Positions 40,095 to 49,022 of a stretch of 64,000 bases of DNA are shown piece after piece (the stretch's first letter is position 1; every line of letters starts with the position of its first letter). The position numbers and the translations under genes are program-made. This DNA comes from Clostridia bacterium (GTDB lineage: Bacteria; Bacillota; Clostridia; Oscillospirales; Butyricicoccaceae): the NCBI GenBank assembly GCA_017455565.1, contig JAFSZV010000075.1, forward strand, positions 6,096 to 70,095, read 5' to 3'. The notes below the pieces were generated by a model. That model was not told where the DNA came from. It saw only the letters and a program-made list of their open reading frames with translations, and did no database searches.

Positions 40095-41194
40095 AAAACA
40101 CCGTGGGAACGGCCCTTTCCGTCACGATTTTTGGAGAGAGCCACGGGCCGGTGCTGGGCGCTATTTTGGACGGACTGCCTGCGGGCATTCCCGTGGACGA
40201 GGAGTATATTGCCGCGCAGCTTGCCCTGCGCCGTCCGGCAGACGCGCTTTCCACTTCCCGCCGGGAGGACGATCGGTTTGAGATCGTCAGCGGCGTTTAC
40301 CGGGGATTTACCTGCGGCACGCCTTTGTGCGTCCTCATCCCCAACCGGGCGCAGGACAGCGGCGAATATGAAGCCATCCGGACGGTTGCCCGCCCGGGCC
40401 ACGCGGATTACGCCGCCCAGATGAAATACGGCGGCTTTCAGGACGCCCGGGGCGGCGGACATTTTTCCGGCCGGGTCACGGCGGCGCTGGTGGCTGCCGG
40501 AGCGGTGGTTTTGCCCGCGCTCCGGCGGAAAAACATCGTGATCCGCAGCCATATCCTGCGCTGCGGCGGCGAGAGCGACCGGCGCTTTTCCCCGCGGGAA
40601 GAAGACCTCCGGGCAGAGATCGCGTCTTTGGAGAATCTGCCCTTCCCGGTTTTGTCCCGGGAGGTTGGCGAGAGGATGAAGCGGGCGATCCTTGCGGCAA
40701 AGGAGGCGGGAGACAGCGTGGGCGGCGTGCTGGAAACGGCGGTCTGCGGCGTCCCCGCCGGGGTGGGCGAGCCCTGGTTCGATGGGATGGAAAACGTCCT
40801 TGCCCGGGCGCTTTACGCCATTCCCGCCGTCAAGGGCGTGGCCTTCGGCGACGGCTTTTCGCTGGCGGAACTGCGAGGCGCTCAGGCCAACGATCCTTAT
40901 TATATGGAGGACGGGCGGGCGCGCACCGCGTCAAATCACAACGGCGGGATCAACGGCGGCGTGACCAACGGGATGCCGCTTTTGATCCAAACGGCGGTCA
41001 AGCCCACGCCCTCCATCGGGCAAACGCAAAAAACCGTGGACTTTGTCCGCGGAGAAGATACCACCCTGACCCTGCGCGGGCGGCACGACCCCTGCATCGT
41101 CCACCGGGCGGCCGTTGCCGCCGACAGCGCTGTGGCGCTGGCCCTGTGCGACCTGCTGCTGGGGCGGTTCGGCGCAGGCTGGCTGACGGAATGA
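40091..41194 (+). CDS. aroC: Chorismate synthase
   Basis: FGESHG, GRHDPC motifs; ATGA overlap with the aroB fusion. Confidence 0.95.
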   Translation: MKNTVGTALSVTIFGESHGPVLGAILDGLPAGIPVDEEYIAAQLALRRPADALSTSRREDDRFEIVSGVYRGFTCGTPLCVLIPNRAQDSGEYEAIRTVARPGHADYAAQMKYGGFQDARGGGHFSGRVTAALVAAGAVVLPALRRKNIVIRSHILRCGGESDRRFSPREEDLRAEIASLENLPFPVLSREVGERMKRAILAAKEAGDSVGGVLETAVCGVPAGVGEPWFDGMENVLARALYAIPAVKGVAFGDGFSLAELRGAQANDPYYMEDGRARTASNHNGGINGGVTNGMPLLIQTAVKPTPSIGQTQKTVDFVRGEDTTLTLRGRHDPCIVHRAAVAADSAVALALCDLLLGRFGAGWLTE

Positions 41195-41210
41195 GAAACG
41201 GAGGCGGAAG

Positions 41211-42443
41211 ATGCAATACGGATTGATCGGACAGAACCTTTCCCACAGCTTTTCCCCGGAGATCCACCGGCTGCTGGGGGACTATGATTATCAGTTAAAA
41301 GAGCTTTCGCCCGAAGACCTGCCCGTCTTTTTCGCGGCGCGGAAGTTTGCGGGGATCAATGTTACCATGCCCTATAAGCAGAAGGTGATCCCTTATCTGG
41401 ACGAGCTGGACCGCCGGGCCGCCGTCATCGGCGCGGTGAACACCGTGATCAACCGGGACGGGCGGCTGGTGGGCTGCAACACCGATTTCGACGGCATGGC
41501 CGCCCTCATCCGCCGCACCGGGCTTGAGGTGCAGGGCAAGACCGTCTTGATCGCGGGTAACGGCGGCACTTCCCGCACGGCCATGGCTGTGGCAAAGGCG
41601 CTGGGCGCCGCCGCCGTGTACCGGGCGGGACGCAGCGGGGGCGAGGGCGTTCTCGCTTATCGGGACACCCGGGAGCTTCCCGTCCAGATCCTGATCAACG
41701 CAACTCCCTGCGGTATGGAGCCCGACCCCGAGGGACAGGCTATCGACCTGACCTCCTTCGGCTGGCTGGAGGGGGTCATTGACGTCGTTTATAACCCCAT
41801 GCGCACACGCTTGGTGCTGCAGGCCAGGGAGCAGGGCGCGAGAGGCCAGGGCGGCCTATATATGCTGGTAGCCCAGGCCGCGGCGGCAGCCGAGCTGTTT
41901 TTGGGCGAGGCGCTGCCTGAGGGCACGCTGGAGCGGGCCTATCGCCGCATCCACGGCGAAAAGCAGAACATTGTTCTCATCGGGATGCCCGGCAGCGGCA
42001 AGACCACCGTGGGCCGCCTGCTGGCCCGGCGGATGGGGCGTCCGATGATCGACACCGACGAAGAGATCGCCCGGGCCGCGGGCATGCCTATCACCCGCAT
42101 CTTCGACGAGCGGGGCGAAGCGGCCTTTCGGGAGATGGAAAGCCGCGCCGTGGCCGAGGTCGCACGGAAAACCGGCTGTGTCATCGCCACCGGCGGCGGC
42201 GTGATCCTCCGCTCGGAAAATCTGCGCCGTCTGCGGCAAAACGGGCGGCTGTATTTTATCGACCGCCCGCTGGAGCTGCTGCTCCCCACCGAGGACAGGC
42301 CCCTTGCCCGCACCGCCGACGCCATGCGCCAGCGATATGAAGAGCGGTATCTCCGCTATATCGCCTCCTGCGACGCCCGCGTTCACGGCGAGGGCACGGC
42401 GGAGGCCGCGGCGGCGGAAATCGGGGAGGATTTCCGCCTATGA
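41211..42443 (+). CDS. aroE: Fusion: shikimate dehydrogenase + shikimate kinase
   Basis: AroE N-terminal ~270 aa (GLIG..LSHSFSP, NVTMPYK, NTD); AroK C-terminus with P-loop GMPGSGKTTVGR. Confidence 0.92.
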   Translation: MQYGLIGQNLSHSFSPEIHRLLGDYDYQLKELSPEDLPVFFAARKFAGINVTMPYKQKVIPYLDELDRRAAVIGAVNTVINRDGRLVGCNTDFDGMAALIRRTGLEVQGKTVLIAGNGGTSRTAMAVAKALGAAAVYRAGRSGGEGVLAYRDTRELPVQILINATPCGMEPDPEGQAIDLTSFGWLEGVIDVVYNPMRTRLVLQAREQGARGQGGLYMLVAQAAAAAELFLGEALPEGTLERAYRRIHGEKQNIVLIGMPGSGKTTVGRLLARRMGRPMIDTDEEIARAAGMPITRIFDERGEAAFREMESRAVAEVARKTGCVIATGGGVILRSENLRRLRQNGRLYFIDRPLELLLPTEDRPLARTADAMRQRYEERYLRYIASCDARVHGEGTAEAAAAEIGEDFRL

Positions 42444-42883
42444 AGATCTGGATCGTCAACGGCCCCAGTCTCAATCTGCTGGGACTGCGGGAGCCGGAGC
42501 ATTACGGCCGCGAGACTTACGGGCAGCTTGAGGCCCGCATCCGCGCCTATTGCGAAGAAAAAGGGATCGGGGTTCATTTCATCCAGTCCAACCACGAGGG
42601 AGACCTGGTGGACGCCGTGCAGCAGGCCTATTTTCAAGGAGCTGACGGCATCGTGCTCAATCCCGCCGCCTATACCCATACCAGCGTCGCTCTGCTGGAC
42701 GCCCTGCGGGCTGTGCCCGTCCCCGCTGTGGAGGTGCACCTCTCCAGACTGGAGGAGCGGGAGGACTTCCGCCAGGTGAGTTACGTCCGCGCCGCCTGCA
42801 TCAAAACGATTACGGGGATGGGCGGCGACGGCTATCTGCGGGCCGTGGACGCATTGGAGGACTATCATGCGCGTCATTTTTGA
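42440..42883 (+). CDS. aroQ: Type II 3-dehydroquinate dehydratase
   Basis: NGPSLNLLGLREPEHYG, SNHEGDLVD, NPAAYTHTS motifs. Confidence 0.95.
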   Translation: MKIWIVNGPSLNLLGLREPEHYGRETYGQLEARIRAYCEEKGIGVHFIQSNHEGDLVDAVQQAYFQGADGIVLNPAAYTHTSVALLDALRAVPVPAVEVHLSRLEEREDFRQVSYVRAACIKTITGMGGDGYLRAVDALEDYHARHF

Positions 42884-44117
42884 AAAAAGTCTTGCCCGCG
42901 GCGCGGTCACCGCGCCTCCCAGCAAGAGCGAAGCCCACCGCCTGCTGATCTGCGCCGGACTGAGCGGCGGGCCCTGTACGATAAAGAATCTGGAACTGTC
43001 ACAGGATCTTTCGACCACGCTGGACTGCCTGCGGGCACTGGGCGTGACGGCGGAAGCGCGGGAAAATGCGGCGTTTCTTTCGGGGGGAGATCCGTTTTCT
43101 TCGCCCCGGGAGCCGGTATTTTGCCGGGAGAGCGGCAGCACGCTGCGGTTTTTTCTCCCCATCTTTTTGCTGGGGCGGGAAAAGGTGACGCTGTGCGGTG
43201 CGCCCCGATTGATGGAGCGGCCGCTGGAACCTTACGCCGCTCTTTGCCGGGAACGGGCGCTGCTCTTTCGCCGGGAGCCTGCGGAAAGCGCCCTGTATCT
43301 GCGGGGCCCGCTGACGCCGGGGGTCTATTCTGTCCCGGGAAATATCAGCTCGCAGTTCATCAGCGGACTGTTGTTTGCCCTGCCTCTGCTGGAGGCGGGC
43401 AGCGTTGTGGAGCTGACGCCGCCGGTGGTCAGCCGCCCTTATATCGAGCTTACCCGCGCCGTTCAGCGGCGATTCGGCGTGCTGTCGGCGTGGACGGACG
43501 ACAACACCCTGCGCATTTCCGGCGGACAGCGGTATCTCCCTGCCGACGCTGAGACGGAGGGAGACTGGAGCGCCGCCGCCGTTTTGGAGGGCCTGAACCT
43601 GCTGGGTGGGCAGGTACAGATTGAAGGATTGAATACGGAAAGTTATCAAGGCGATAAAATATACAGAGAGCATTTTGAATTTCTGCGCCAGGGCTGCCCC
43701 ACGCTGGATGTGGCGCAATGTCCCGATCTTGCGCCGGTGCTTATGGCGCTGGGCGCGGCGCAAAACGGCGTAACCCTTACGGGCACCGGCCGCCTGCGCC
43801 TGAAGGAGAGCGACCGGGGCGAGGCCATGGCGCGGGAGCTGCGTAAGCTGGGCGCCGCCGTTACGGTGGAGCAAGACCGGATCACCGTTTTGGGCGGTCC
43901 GCTTCACGCGCCGGAAGAGCCGCTGTCCGGTCACAACGACCATCGGGTGGTGATGGCGCTGTCCATGCTGCTTACCCGCACCGGCGGCGTTATTGAGGGC
44001 GCCCAGGCGGCGGACAAGAGCTGGCCCTCTTTTTTCGACGTGCTGGAAGGGTTGGACATCCGTCTGCGCCGTCGGAACGACGCATCAAAAATAGCCGGGT
44101 CGCGCCCGGATGATTGA
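42867..44117 (+). CDS. aroA: 3-phosphoshikimate 1-carboxyvinyltransferase (EPSP synthase)
   Basis: PPSKSEAHR, SSQFISGLL, DHRVVMA motifs. Confidence 0.93.
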   Translation: MRVIFEKSLARGAVTAPPSKSEAHRLLICAGLSGGPCTIKNLELSQDLSTTLDCLRALGVTAEARENAAFLSGGDPFSSPREPVFCRESGSTLRFFLPIFLLGREKVTLCGAPRLMERPLEPYAALCRERALLFRREPAESALYLRGPLTPGVYSVPGNISSQFISGLLFALPLLEAGSVVELTPPVVSRPYIELTRAVQRRFGVLSAWTDDNTLRISGGQRYLPADAETEGDWSAAAVLEGLNLLGGQVQIEGLNTESYQGDKIYREHFEFLRQGCPTLDVAQCPDLAPVLMALGAAQNGVTLTGTGRLRLKESDRGEAMARELRKLGAAVTVEQDRITVLGGPLHAPEEPLSGHNDHRVVMALSMLLTRTGGVIEGAQAADKSWPSFFDVLEGLDIRLRRRNDASKIAGSRPDD

Positions 44118-44127
44118 GGAACGCATC

Positions 44128-45156
44128 ATGAACTTGGAATGGATCCGGGAGCTTCCCGCTCCCGAAACAGTCAAATTGGCCATGCCCGTGTCCCTGGCGC
44201 TGCGGGAGGTCAAGGCGCGGCGGGACGCGGCGATCCGCGCCCTGTTCACCGGGAAAGAAGGCCGCCTTCTGCTCATCGTGGGGCCCTGCTCCGCCGATCG
44301 GCAGGACGCGGTGCTGGACTATCTGACCCGCCTGCGGGCGCTGGAGGAGCGGGTGGCGGAAAAGATCTGCATCGTCCCCCGGGTGTATACCAACAAGCCC
44401 CGCACCACCGGCGAGGGCTATATGGGGATGCTTCATCAGCCCGACCCCGCCGCGGGCAGCGATCTTTACCGGGGCTTGCTGGCCAGCCGCGGAATGCATT
44501 TGCGGGCGCTGGAGCAGACCGGCTTTGTCTGCGCCGACGAGCTGCTTTATCCCGAGGATCACGCCTATCTGGACGATCTGCTGGGCTACGCGGCGGTGGG
44601 GGCCCGCAGTGTAGAGGATCAGCAGCACCGGCTGACGGCCGGCGGGCTGGACATCCCTGTGGGCATGAAGAATCCCACCTCCGGCGATCTGAGCGTGATG
44701 CTCAATGCCGTCGCAGCGGCGCAGCGCAGTCACACCTTTGTCTATCGGGGGTGGGCGGTGCGCTCGGCGGGCAATCCGCTGGCCCACGCCATCCTGCGGG
44801 GCTATACCGACCGGCAGGGAAGGATGCGCCCCAACTATTCGGCCGGGGAGTTGCTGCGCCTGCGGGAGCTGTATGCGAAAAAAGCGGCGCAAAACCGCGC
44901 CGTGATCGTGGACTGCAGCCACGCCAATTCCGGAAAGCAATATCTGGAGCAGATCGCCGTCGCAAAAGCGGTGCTGCAAAGCCGGAAAAACGACCCGCGC
45001 CTTGCCGTGCTGGTGAAGGGCCTGATGCTCGAAAGTTATCTGGAGGACGGCGCACAGCCCGTGGGCGGGGGCTGCTACGGCCAGTCCATCACCGACCCCT
45101 GCCTCGGGTGGGAAAAGACCCGGCGGCTGATTTTGGAGCTGGCGGAAATGCTGTAA
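44128..45156 (+). CDS. 3-deoxy-7-phosphoheptulonate (DAHP) synthase, class I-alpha type
   Basis: LLLIVGPCSA, KPRTTGEGY, DCSHANS motifs; ATG 44128 has a GAGGAA RBS (track start 44110 also possible). Confidence 0.92.
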   Translation: MNLEWIRELPAPETVKLAMPVSLALREVKARRDAAIRALFTGKEGRLLLIVGPCSADRQDAVLDYLTRLRALEERVAEKICIVPRVYTNKPRTTGEGYMGMLHQPDPAAGSDLYRGLLASRGMHLRALEQTGFVCADELLYPEDHAYLDDLLGYAAVGARSVEDQQHRLTAGGLDIPVGMKNPTSGDLSVMLNAVAAAQRSHTFVYRGWAVRSAGNPLAHAILRGYTDRQGRMRPNYSAGELLRLRELYAKKAAQNRAVIVDCSHANSGKQYLEQIAVAKAVLQSRKNDPRLAVLVKGLMLESYLEDGAQPVGGGCYGQSITDPCLGWEKTRRLILELAEML

Positions 45157-45159
45157 AGC

Positions 45160-45186
45160 AAAAAGCGGCCGCGAGGCCGCTTTTTG
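45160..45186 (+). terminator. Rho-independent terminator of the aro operon
   Basis: AGCGGCC-GCGA-GGCCGCT followed by TTTTT. Confidence 0.88.
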
Positions 45187-45319
45187 CTGCTCAGTTTTGG
45201 TGCTTCGGGTCGCTGAAATCCGGCGCCGTCCTGCCGGTCCTGCCTGATCTGGTACCACATGATATGCTCCGTTTTCTGGTTTTTTCCAGCATACCACGGC
45301 GCGGGCAAACCCGCAATTC

Positions 45320-45346
45320 TTAGCACTCATGACAATAGAGTGCTAA
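45320..45346 (+). promoter_or_regulatory. CIRCE element (HrcA operator)
   Basis: Perfect TTAGCACTC-N9-GAGTGCTAA. Confidence 0.88.
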
Positions 45347-45495
45347 GAATTCACAATCCATTTACAAATTTGAGTAGATTTTTTCATAAATCCGCCGTAT
45401 ATTAAAGGCGTAAGGAAACAAGATATCAGCAAACGGAAAAAGAAGCTGCCAAACACAGCCGCCGTTTCTGTGGAACGAACAAGGAGGTAACAAGT

Positions 45496-45942
45496 ATGTT
45501 TGATCTGATGCCTTATGCCAAGAAGCGCTCTGACGCGCTGAGCCATGCTTTTTACGATCCCTTCCGGGAACTGGAAGAGATGGAGCGCAGCTTTTTCGCC
45601 AACCGCAAGCTGCCCGACTTCCGCACCGACATCCGGGAGCAGGACGGCGCCTATCTGCTGGAGGCCGAGCTGCCCGGCTTTCAGAAGGAAGACATCCACC
45701 TGGATCTGCAGGACGGATATCTGACCATCTCCGCCGAGCGCAGCAGCGAGAGCGAGGAGAAGGACGAAAACGGCCGCTATCTCAAGCGCGAGCGTTCTTA
45801 CGGCTCCTTCCGCCGCAGCTTTGATATGAGCGGCATCGACGCGGACAACATCAAGGCCGCCTATCGGGACGGCATCCTGACGCTGACCCTTCCCAAACTG
45901 ACCGAGCAGCCCAAAAACAGCCGCCGACTGGAGATCGAATAA
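45496..45942 (+). CDS. Hsp20/alpha-crystallin small heat-shock protein
   Basis: Alpha-crystallin domain (DIREQDGAYLLEAELPGF.KEDI...GILTLTLPK); AAGGAGG RBS. Confidence 0.93.
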   Translation: MFDLMPYAKKRSDALSHAFYDPFRELEEMERSFFANRKLPDFRTDIREQDGAYLLEAELPGFQKEDIHLDLQDGYLTISAERSSESEEKDENGRYLKRERSYGSFRRSFDMSGIDADNIKAAYRDGILTLTLPKLTEQPKNSRRLEIE

Positions 45943-45952
45943 GGCCTGGCAG

Positions 45953-45992
45953 AAAGCGCCCAAACGGAAAACCCGTTTGGGCGCTTTGTTTT
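45953..45992. terminator. Bidirectional terminator
   Basis: 13-bp stem AGCGCCCAAACGG / CCGTTTGGGCGCT followed by TTGTTTT. Confidence 0.85.
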
Positions 45993-46007
45993 GCGGAAGA
46001 CGTTTGG

Positions 46008-46708
46008 TTATGCGGCCGTCGTTTCGCGTTGCGGCTGTCTGTATTCTTTTGTGAGCAGGAACGGGAGATAGACGGCCAGATATACAAGGCCGGCTGAAAG
46101 AAACCTCTCCAGCCGTATTCTTCCCCGAAAAATGCCAGATATGACAGCGGAAGACTGAGCAAAAGCGAGATAACGCCAAGAGGATAAAACGAGAAGGTCT
46201 GGCTGATCTCGCTCCAGCGCACGCCTTTGATCCACATGGTCAAAAGCACATTCAAAGCGAAACCCAGGGCATACAGAACAACGAACAGCAAGGCCCCCAG
46301 TCCCGTTTTCCCCGCGTTTTTCCCAAATGACAATCCGATTGCGGCCCGCTTCTCTTTTCCCATTGCAAGAATTTCTATCAGGATAACGATTCCGCCGGCG
46401 ATCACCAGAGCGTTTGTCAGAATTCCCCATGCGCGGCTCGCAACAAAAGCGCTGGCGACGGACGAAAGGATCATGGCACCGGTGATTGCGAGATAGGTCC
46501 AATAGAAAGCTCTGGGAAAAGGCTGCTCCGGCGTTTCAAACCGTTTTTTTGCCGCCATGGCGGCAGCGGCGGGGAGAAACATCCATGCCAGAGGAAACGC
46601 TCCGGCATCCAGTCCGCGCCGGTGCGCGATCCACATAAAAATACTCAATAAGGCCGGAACGCCAAAGGCGATCAGCAGGAAAATCCGCATTTTTTTCTTT
46701 TCATTCAT
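46008..46708 (-). pseudogene. CPBP (CAAX/Abi)-like intramembrane protease homologue, apparently frameshifted and 3'-truncated
   Basis: ATG 46708 (MNEKKKMRIF...) with GGAGG RBS; multi-TM; motif 1 FFGEEYGWRGF sits only about 30 codons before the end; track ORF then runs through the terminator into hsp20 as low-complexity sequence, while a +1 frame ends at 46008 just before the terminator; no FxxxH/HxxxN motifs. Confidence 0.5.
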
Positions 46709-46764
46709 AGGTTGGTACCTCCTGTTATCATGATTACAGCAAACTATGTTTTTTCTGCAAACGA

Positions 46765-47463
46765 TCATTCTGCGTCTTTGGGGTGTTCTTGCTCCAGTTC
46801 CTTTTGCAGGAACCGATCAAACGCGCGCATACGTTTTTGTTCCAGGGAAAACACATGGCCGAGCGCCATTCCCAGCAGCGAAGCCATGGCTCCGATAAAG
46901 ACGAGCGTGAGCGTTTGCAAGGAAAACGAATCGAACGGGGAACTTGCGCGCAGGGCATAACCGGCATAGACGGAAAGCGCGAACATGAGGCCGAAGCAGA
47001 TCGGGGCAAACCACTTGCGCCTTCCCCAATAATCGTGAAATCCGATAAAACAGGAAATTACGATCGTAACTACCGGAAGCACGAGAAATTGAAAGCCGCC
47101 CGCCAGCGCCTCGTGAATTCTCCCGGTAACAAACCACCACGATACCAGGATGTTGAACGCCCATATCACCAGATACGATAAAAGCACGATCAGTTTTGAC
47201 AATCTGGTTTTGCTTTTTACGGTATTTGTGCTTTCTTCTATATAATTCAGATACCTTTTCGCAGACGCGCCCCCTTTTAAGAGATCGTCCAGACTGACGT
47301 TGTATAAATCGCTCATCCGGATTACGCTGGCGATATCCGGATAAAATTTCTCATTCTCCCAGTTGGATAGCGTCTGTCTGCTGATCCCCAGCGCTTCCGC
47401 CGCCTGTTCCTGTGTGATTTTTGCCTCTGCTCTAGCCTGTTTGATTTTGCTGCCAATGTCCAC
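46765..47463 (-). CDS. XRE-family HTH regulator with C-terminal transmembrane region
   Basis: HTH_3 N-terminus (ITQEQAAEALGISRQTLSNWENEKFYPD) followed by about 4 TM helices. Confidence 0.85.
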   Translation of the reverse strand: MDIGSKIKQARAEAKITQEQAAEALGISRQTLSNWENEKFYPDIASVIRMSDLYNVSLDDLLKGGASAKRYLNYIEESTNTVKSKTRLSKLIVLLSYLVIWAFNILVSWWFVTGRIHEALAGGFQFLVLPVVTIVISCFIGFHDYWGRRKWFAPICFGLMFALSVYAGYALRASSPFDSFSLQTLTLVFIGAMASLLGMALGHVFSLEQKRMRAFDRFLQKELEQEHPKDAE

Positions 47464-47589
47464 GTGTTTCGCCTCCTGACATAAAGTACGTCTGGATTAT
47501 AGCTTACAGGGCCGGCGCTGTCTAGCAAAATATCGTTGCAAATCCCACAATCGCCGTCAAAAAGCTTTTACATCACCCAATTTTAAGGA

Positions 47590-47623
47590 TAAAAAAACGG
47601 CGAGAGAATCCGCGCTCTCGCCG
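47590..47623 (-). terminator. Rho-independent terminator
   Basis: CGGCGAGAG / CTCTCGCCG stem; T7 run on the minus strand. Confidence 0.75.
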
Positions 47624-47673
47624 CCTGTGTTTTGTATCTTTATGCCGCCGGTGTGAAAGCGGGCGGTTTTTTG

Positions 47674-48552
47674 TCAAGGCCTTCGCTCCGGACGGACAAA
47701 GGGCGCTTCGATCCGGGTTTCCGTCAAAAGGCCGTATTGGTCGGGGCGGCGAAAGGCGTTGCCGTGGATCTCGCTTTGGCGAAAATCCCGCAGCAGATCC
47801 AGATCCAGCCGGGCAAGATAGACGCCCGCCTCGTCCGGCGCCTCCAGGAGACAGGTTTCCCGAGGATAGGGAAAGCCCTCGGCCCAGGTCACGCCGTCAA
47901 AAACGGAGGAGTGGCCGTTGCAGTCGGGATGACCGGCGGGATAGTTTGCGGTGGCCACAGCCAGCATATTTTCAAAGGCCCTGGCCCGAAGCTGAGACAG
48001 GCGGTTGATTTCCATGGGGCAGGCGTTGGGCACCAAAATCAGTTCGGCGCCCCGCAGCATCAGGATGCGGGCGCTTTCGGGAAATTCCCGGTCGTAGCAG
48101 ATCATGGCCCCCACCTTCACGGGGCCGGCAGCGGTGTCCAGCACGGCCACGGGGAACGCTTCGCCCCGGGTGAGCAGGCGTTCCACGTCAAAATCGCAGG
48201 TGTGCACCTTGGCGTAAGTAAGCGCGCTCTGCCCGTGCCGGTCAAAGAGGCGCAGGCTGTTGCGGGGCAAACCGACCCACTGTTCCAAAAAAGTCACGCC
48301 GATGGCCATGTCCAGTTCCTTTGCCAGCATACCGAAGGCGCGGACAAACGGGCCGTCGGCGGAAACGGCCATGGCTGCATTTGCTTGGGGGTCGCCGGTA
48401 AGGCGATAGCCGCAGTTCCACATTTCGGGAAACAGGGCGAGATCGGCCCCCAATGATTTTGCCCGGCGGCAGGCGGCCAGCCCGAGGCGCAGGCTCTCGT
48501 CCTGGGTTTCTCCGGGCAGAAGCTGCAAAAGCGCAAGGGTGAGCTGGGACAT
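47674..48552 (-). CDS. Carbon-nitrogen hydrolase (nitrilase superfamily) protein
   Basis: Glu-Lys-Cys context (LALFPEMW, MICYDREFPE); ATG 48552 with GGAAGGAGG RBS; track ORF start 48813 is too far upstream. Confidence 0.88.
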   Translation of the reverse strand: MSQLTLALLQLLPGETQDESLRLGLAACRRAKSLGADLALFPEMWNCGYRLTGDPQANAAMAVSADGPFVRAFGMLAKELDMAIGVTFLEQWVGLPRNSLRLFDRHGQSALTYAKVHTCDFDVERLLTRGEAFPVAVLDTAAGPVKVGAMICYDREFPESARILMLRGAELILVPNACPMEINRLSQLRARAFENMLAVATANYPAGHPDCNGHSSVFDGVTWAEGFPYPRETCLLEAPDEAGVYLARLDLDLLRDFRQSEIHGNAFRRPDQYGLLTETRIEAPFVRPERRP

Positions 48553-48569
48553 ATGCGGCCTCCTTCCGG

Positions 48570-48902
48570 TCAAAGCTGCGAAGCGGGCAGCGAGGCGCGG
48601 AGAAAGGCCTCCAGCTCGTCTGCTTCCCGCGGGCCGACCAGCCGCCCCACGGCGCGCCCGTTCACAAAGAGCATTACCGTGGGCAGGGTGACGATATGAT
48701 ATCGCAGGGTCAGGGCAAACTGCGCGTCGGTGTCCACACAGGCCCAAAGGATCCGGGGATGGTCCGCCGCCAGCGCCGCCAGCGCCTCGCTCTGCCGTTT
48801 GCAGGGGGCGCACCAGCCGGCCCGGAATTCCAGCAAAACGGGACGGGAAGAGGCGGCGACGGTCTTTTGAAAGGTTTTCAGCGTGACGTTCACGGGCTCC
48901 AT
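48570..48902 (-). CDS. Thioredoxin-family protein (WCAPC active site)
   Basis: Thioredoxin fold pattern; active site WCAPC; about 110 aa. Confidence 0.85.
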   Translation of the reverse strand: MEPVNVTLKTFQKTVAASSRPVLLEFRAGWCAPCKRQSEALAALAADHPRILWACVDTDAQFALTLRYHIVTLPTVMLFVNGRAVGRLVGPREADELEAFLRASLPASQL

Positions 48903-48965
48903 AGCGGCCCTCCTTTTGAAACGGGGATTATTCGTATTATACGGAATTTTCTCCGTCCCGTCAAT

Positions 48966-49002
48966 GAAAAAGGCCCTCGGAAAGCCATGCGTTCCGAAGG
49001 CT
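48966..49002 (-). terminator. Terminator after the acyl-CoA ligase gene
   Basis: GGCCCTCGGAA / TTCCGAAGGC imperfect stem; T-run on the minus strand. Confidence 0.5.
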
Positions 49003-49022
49003 TTTGTGTAAATGAGAGGCGG

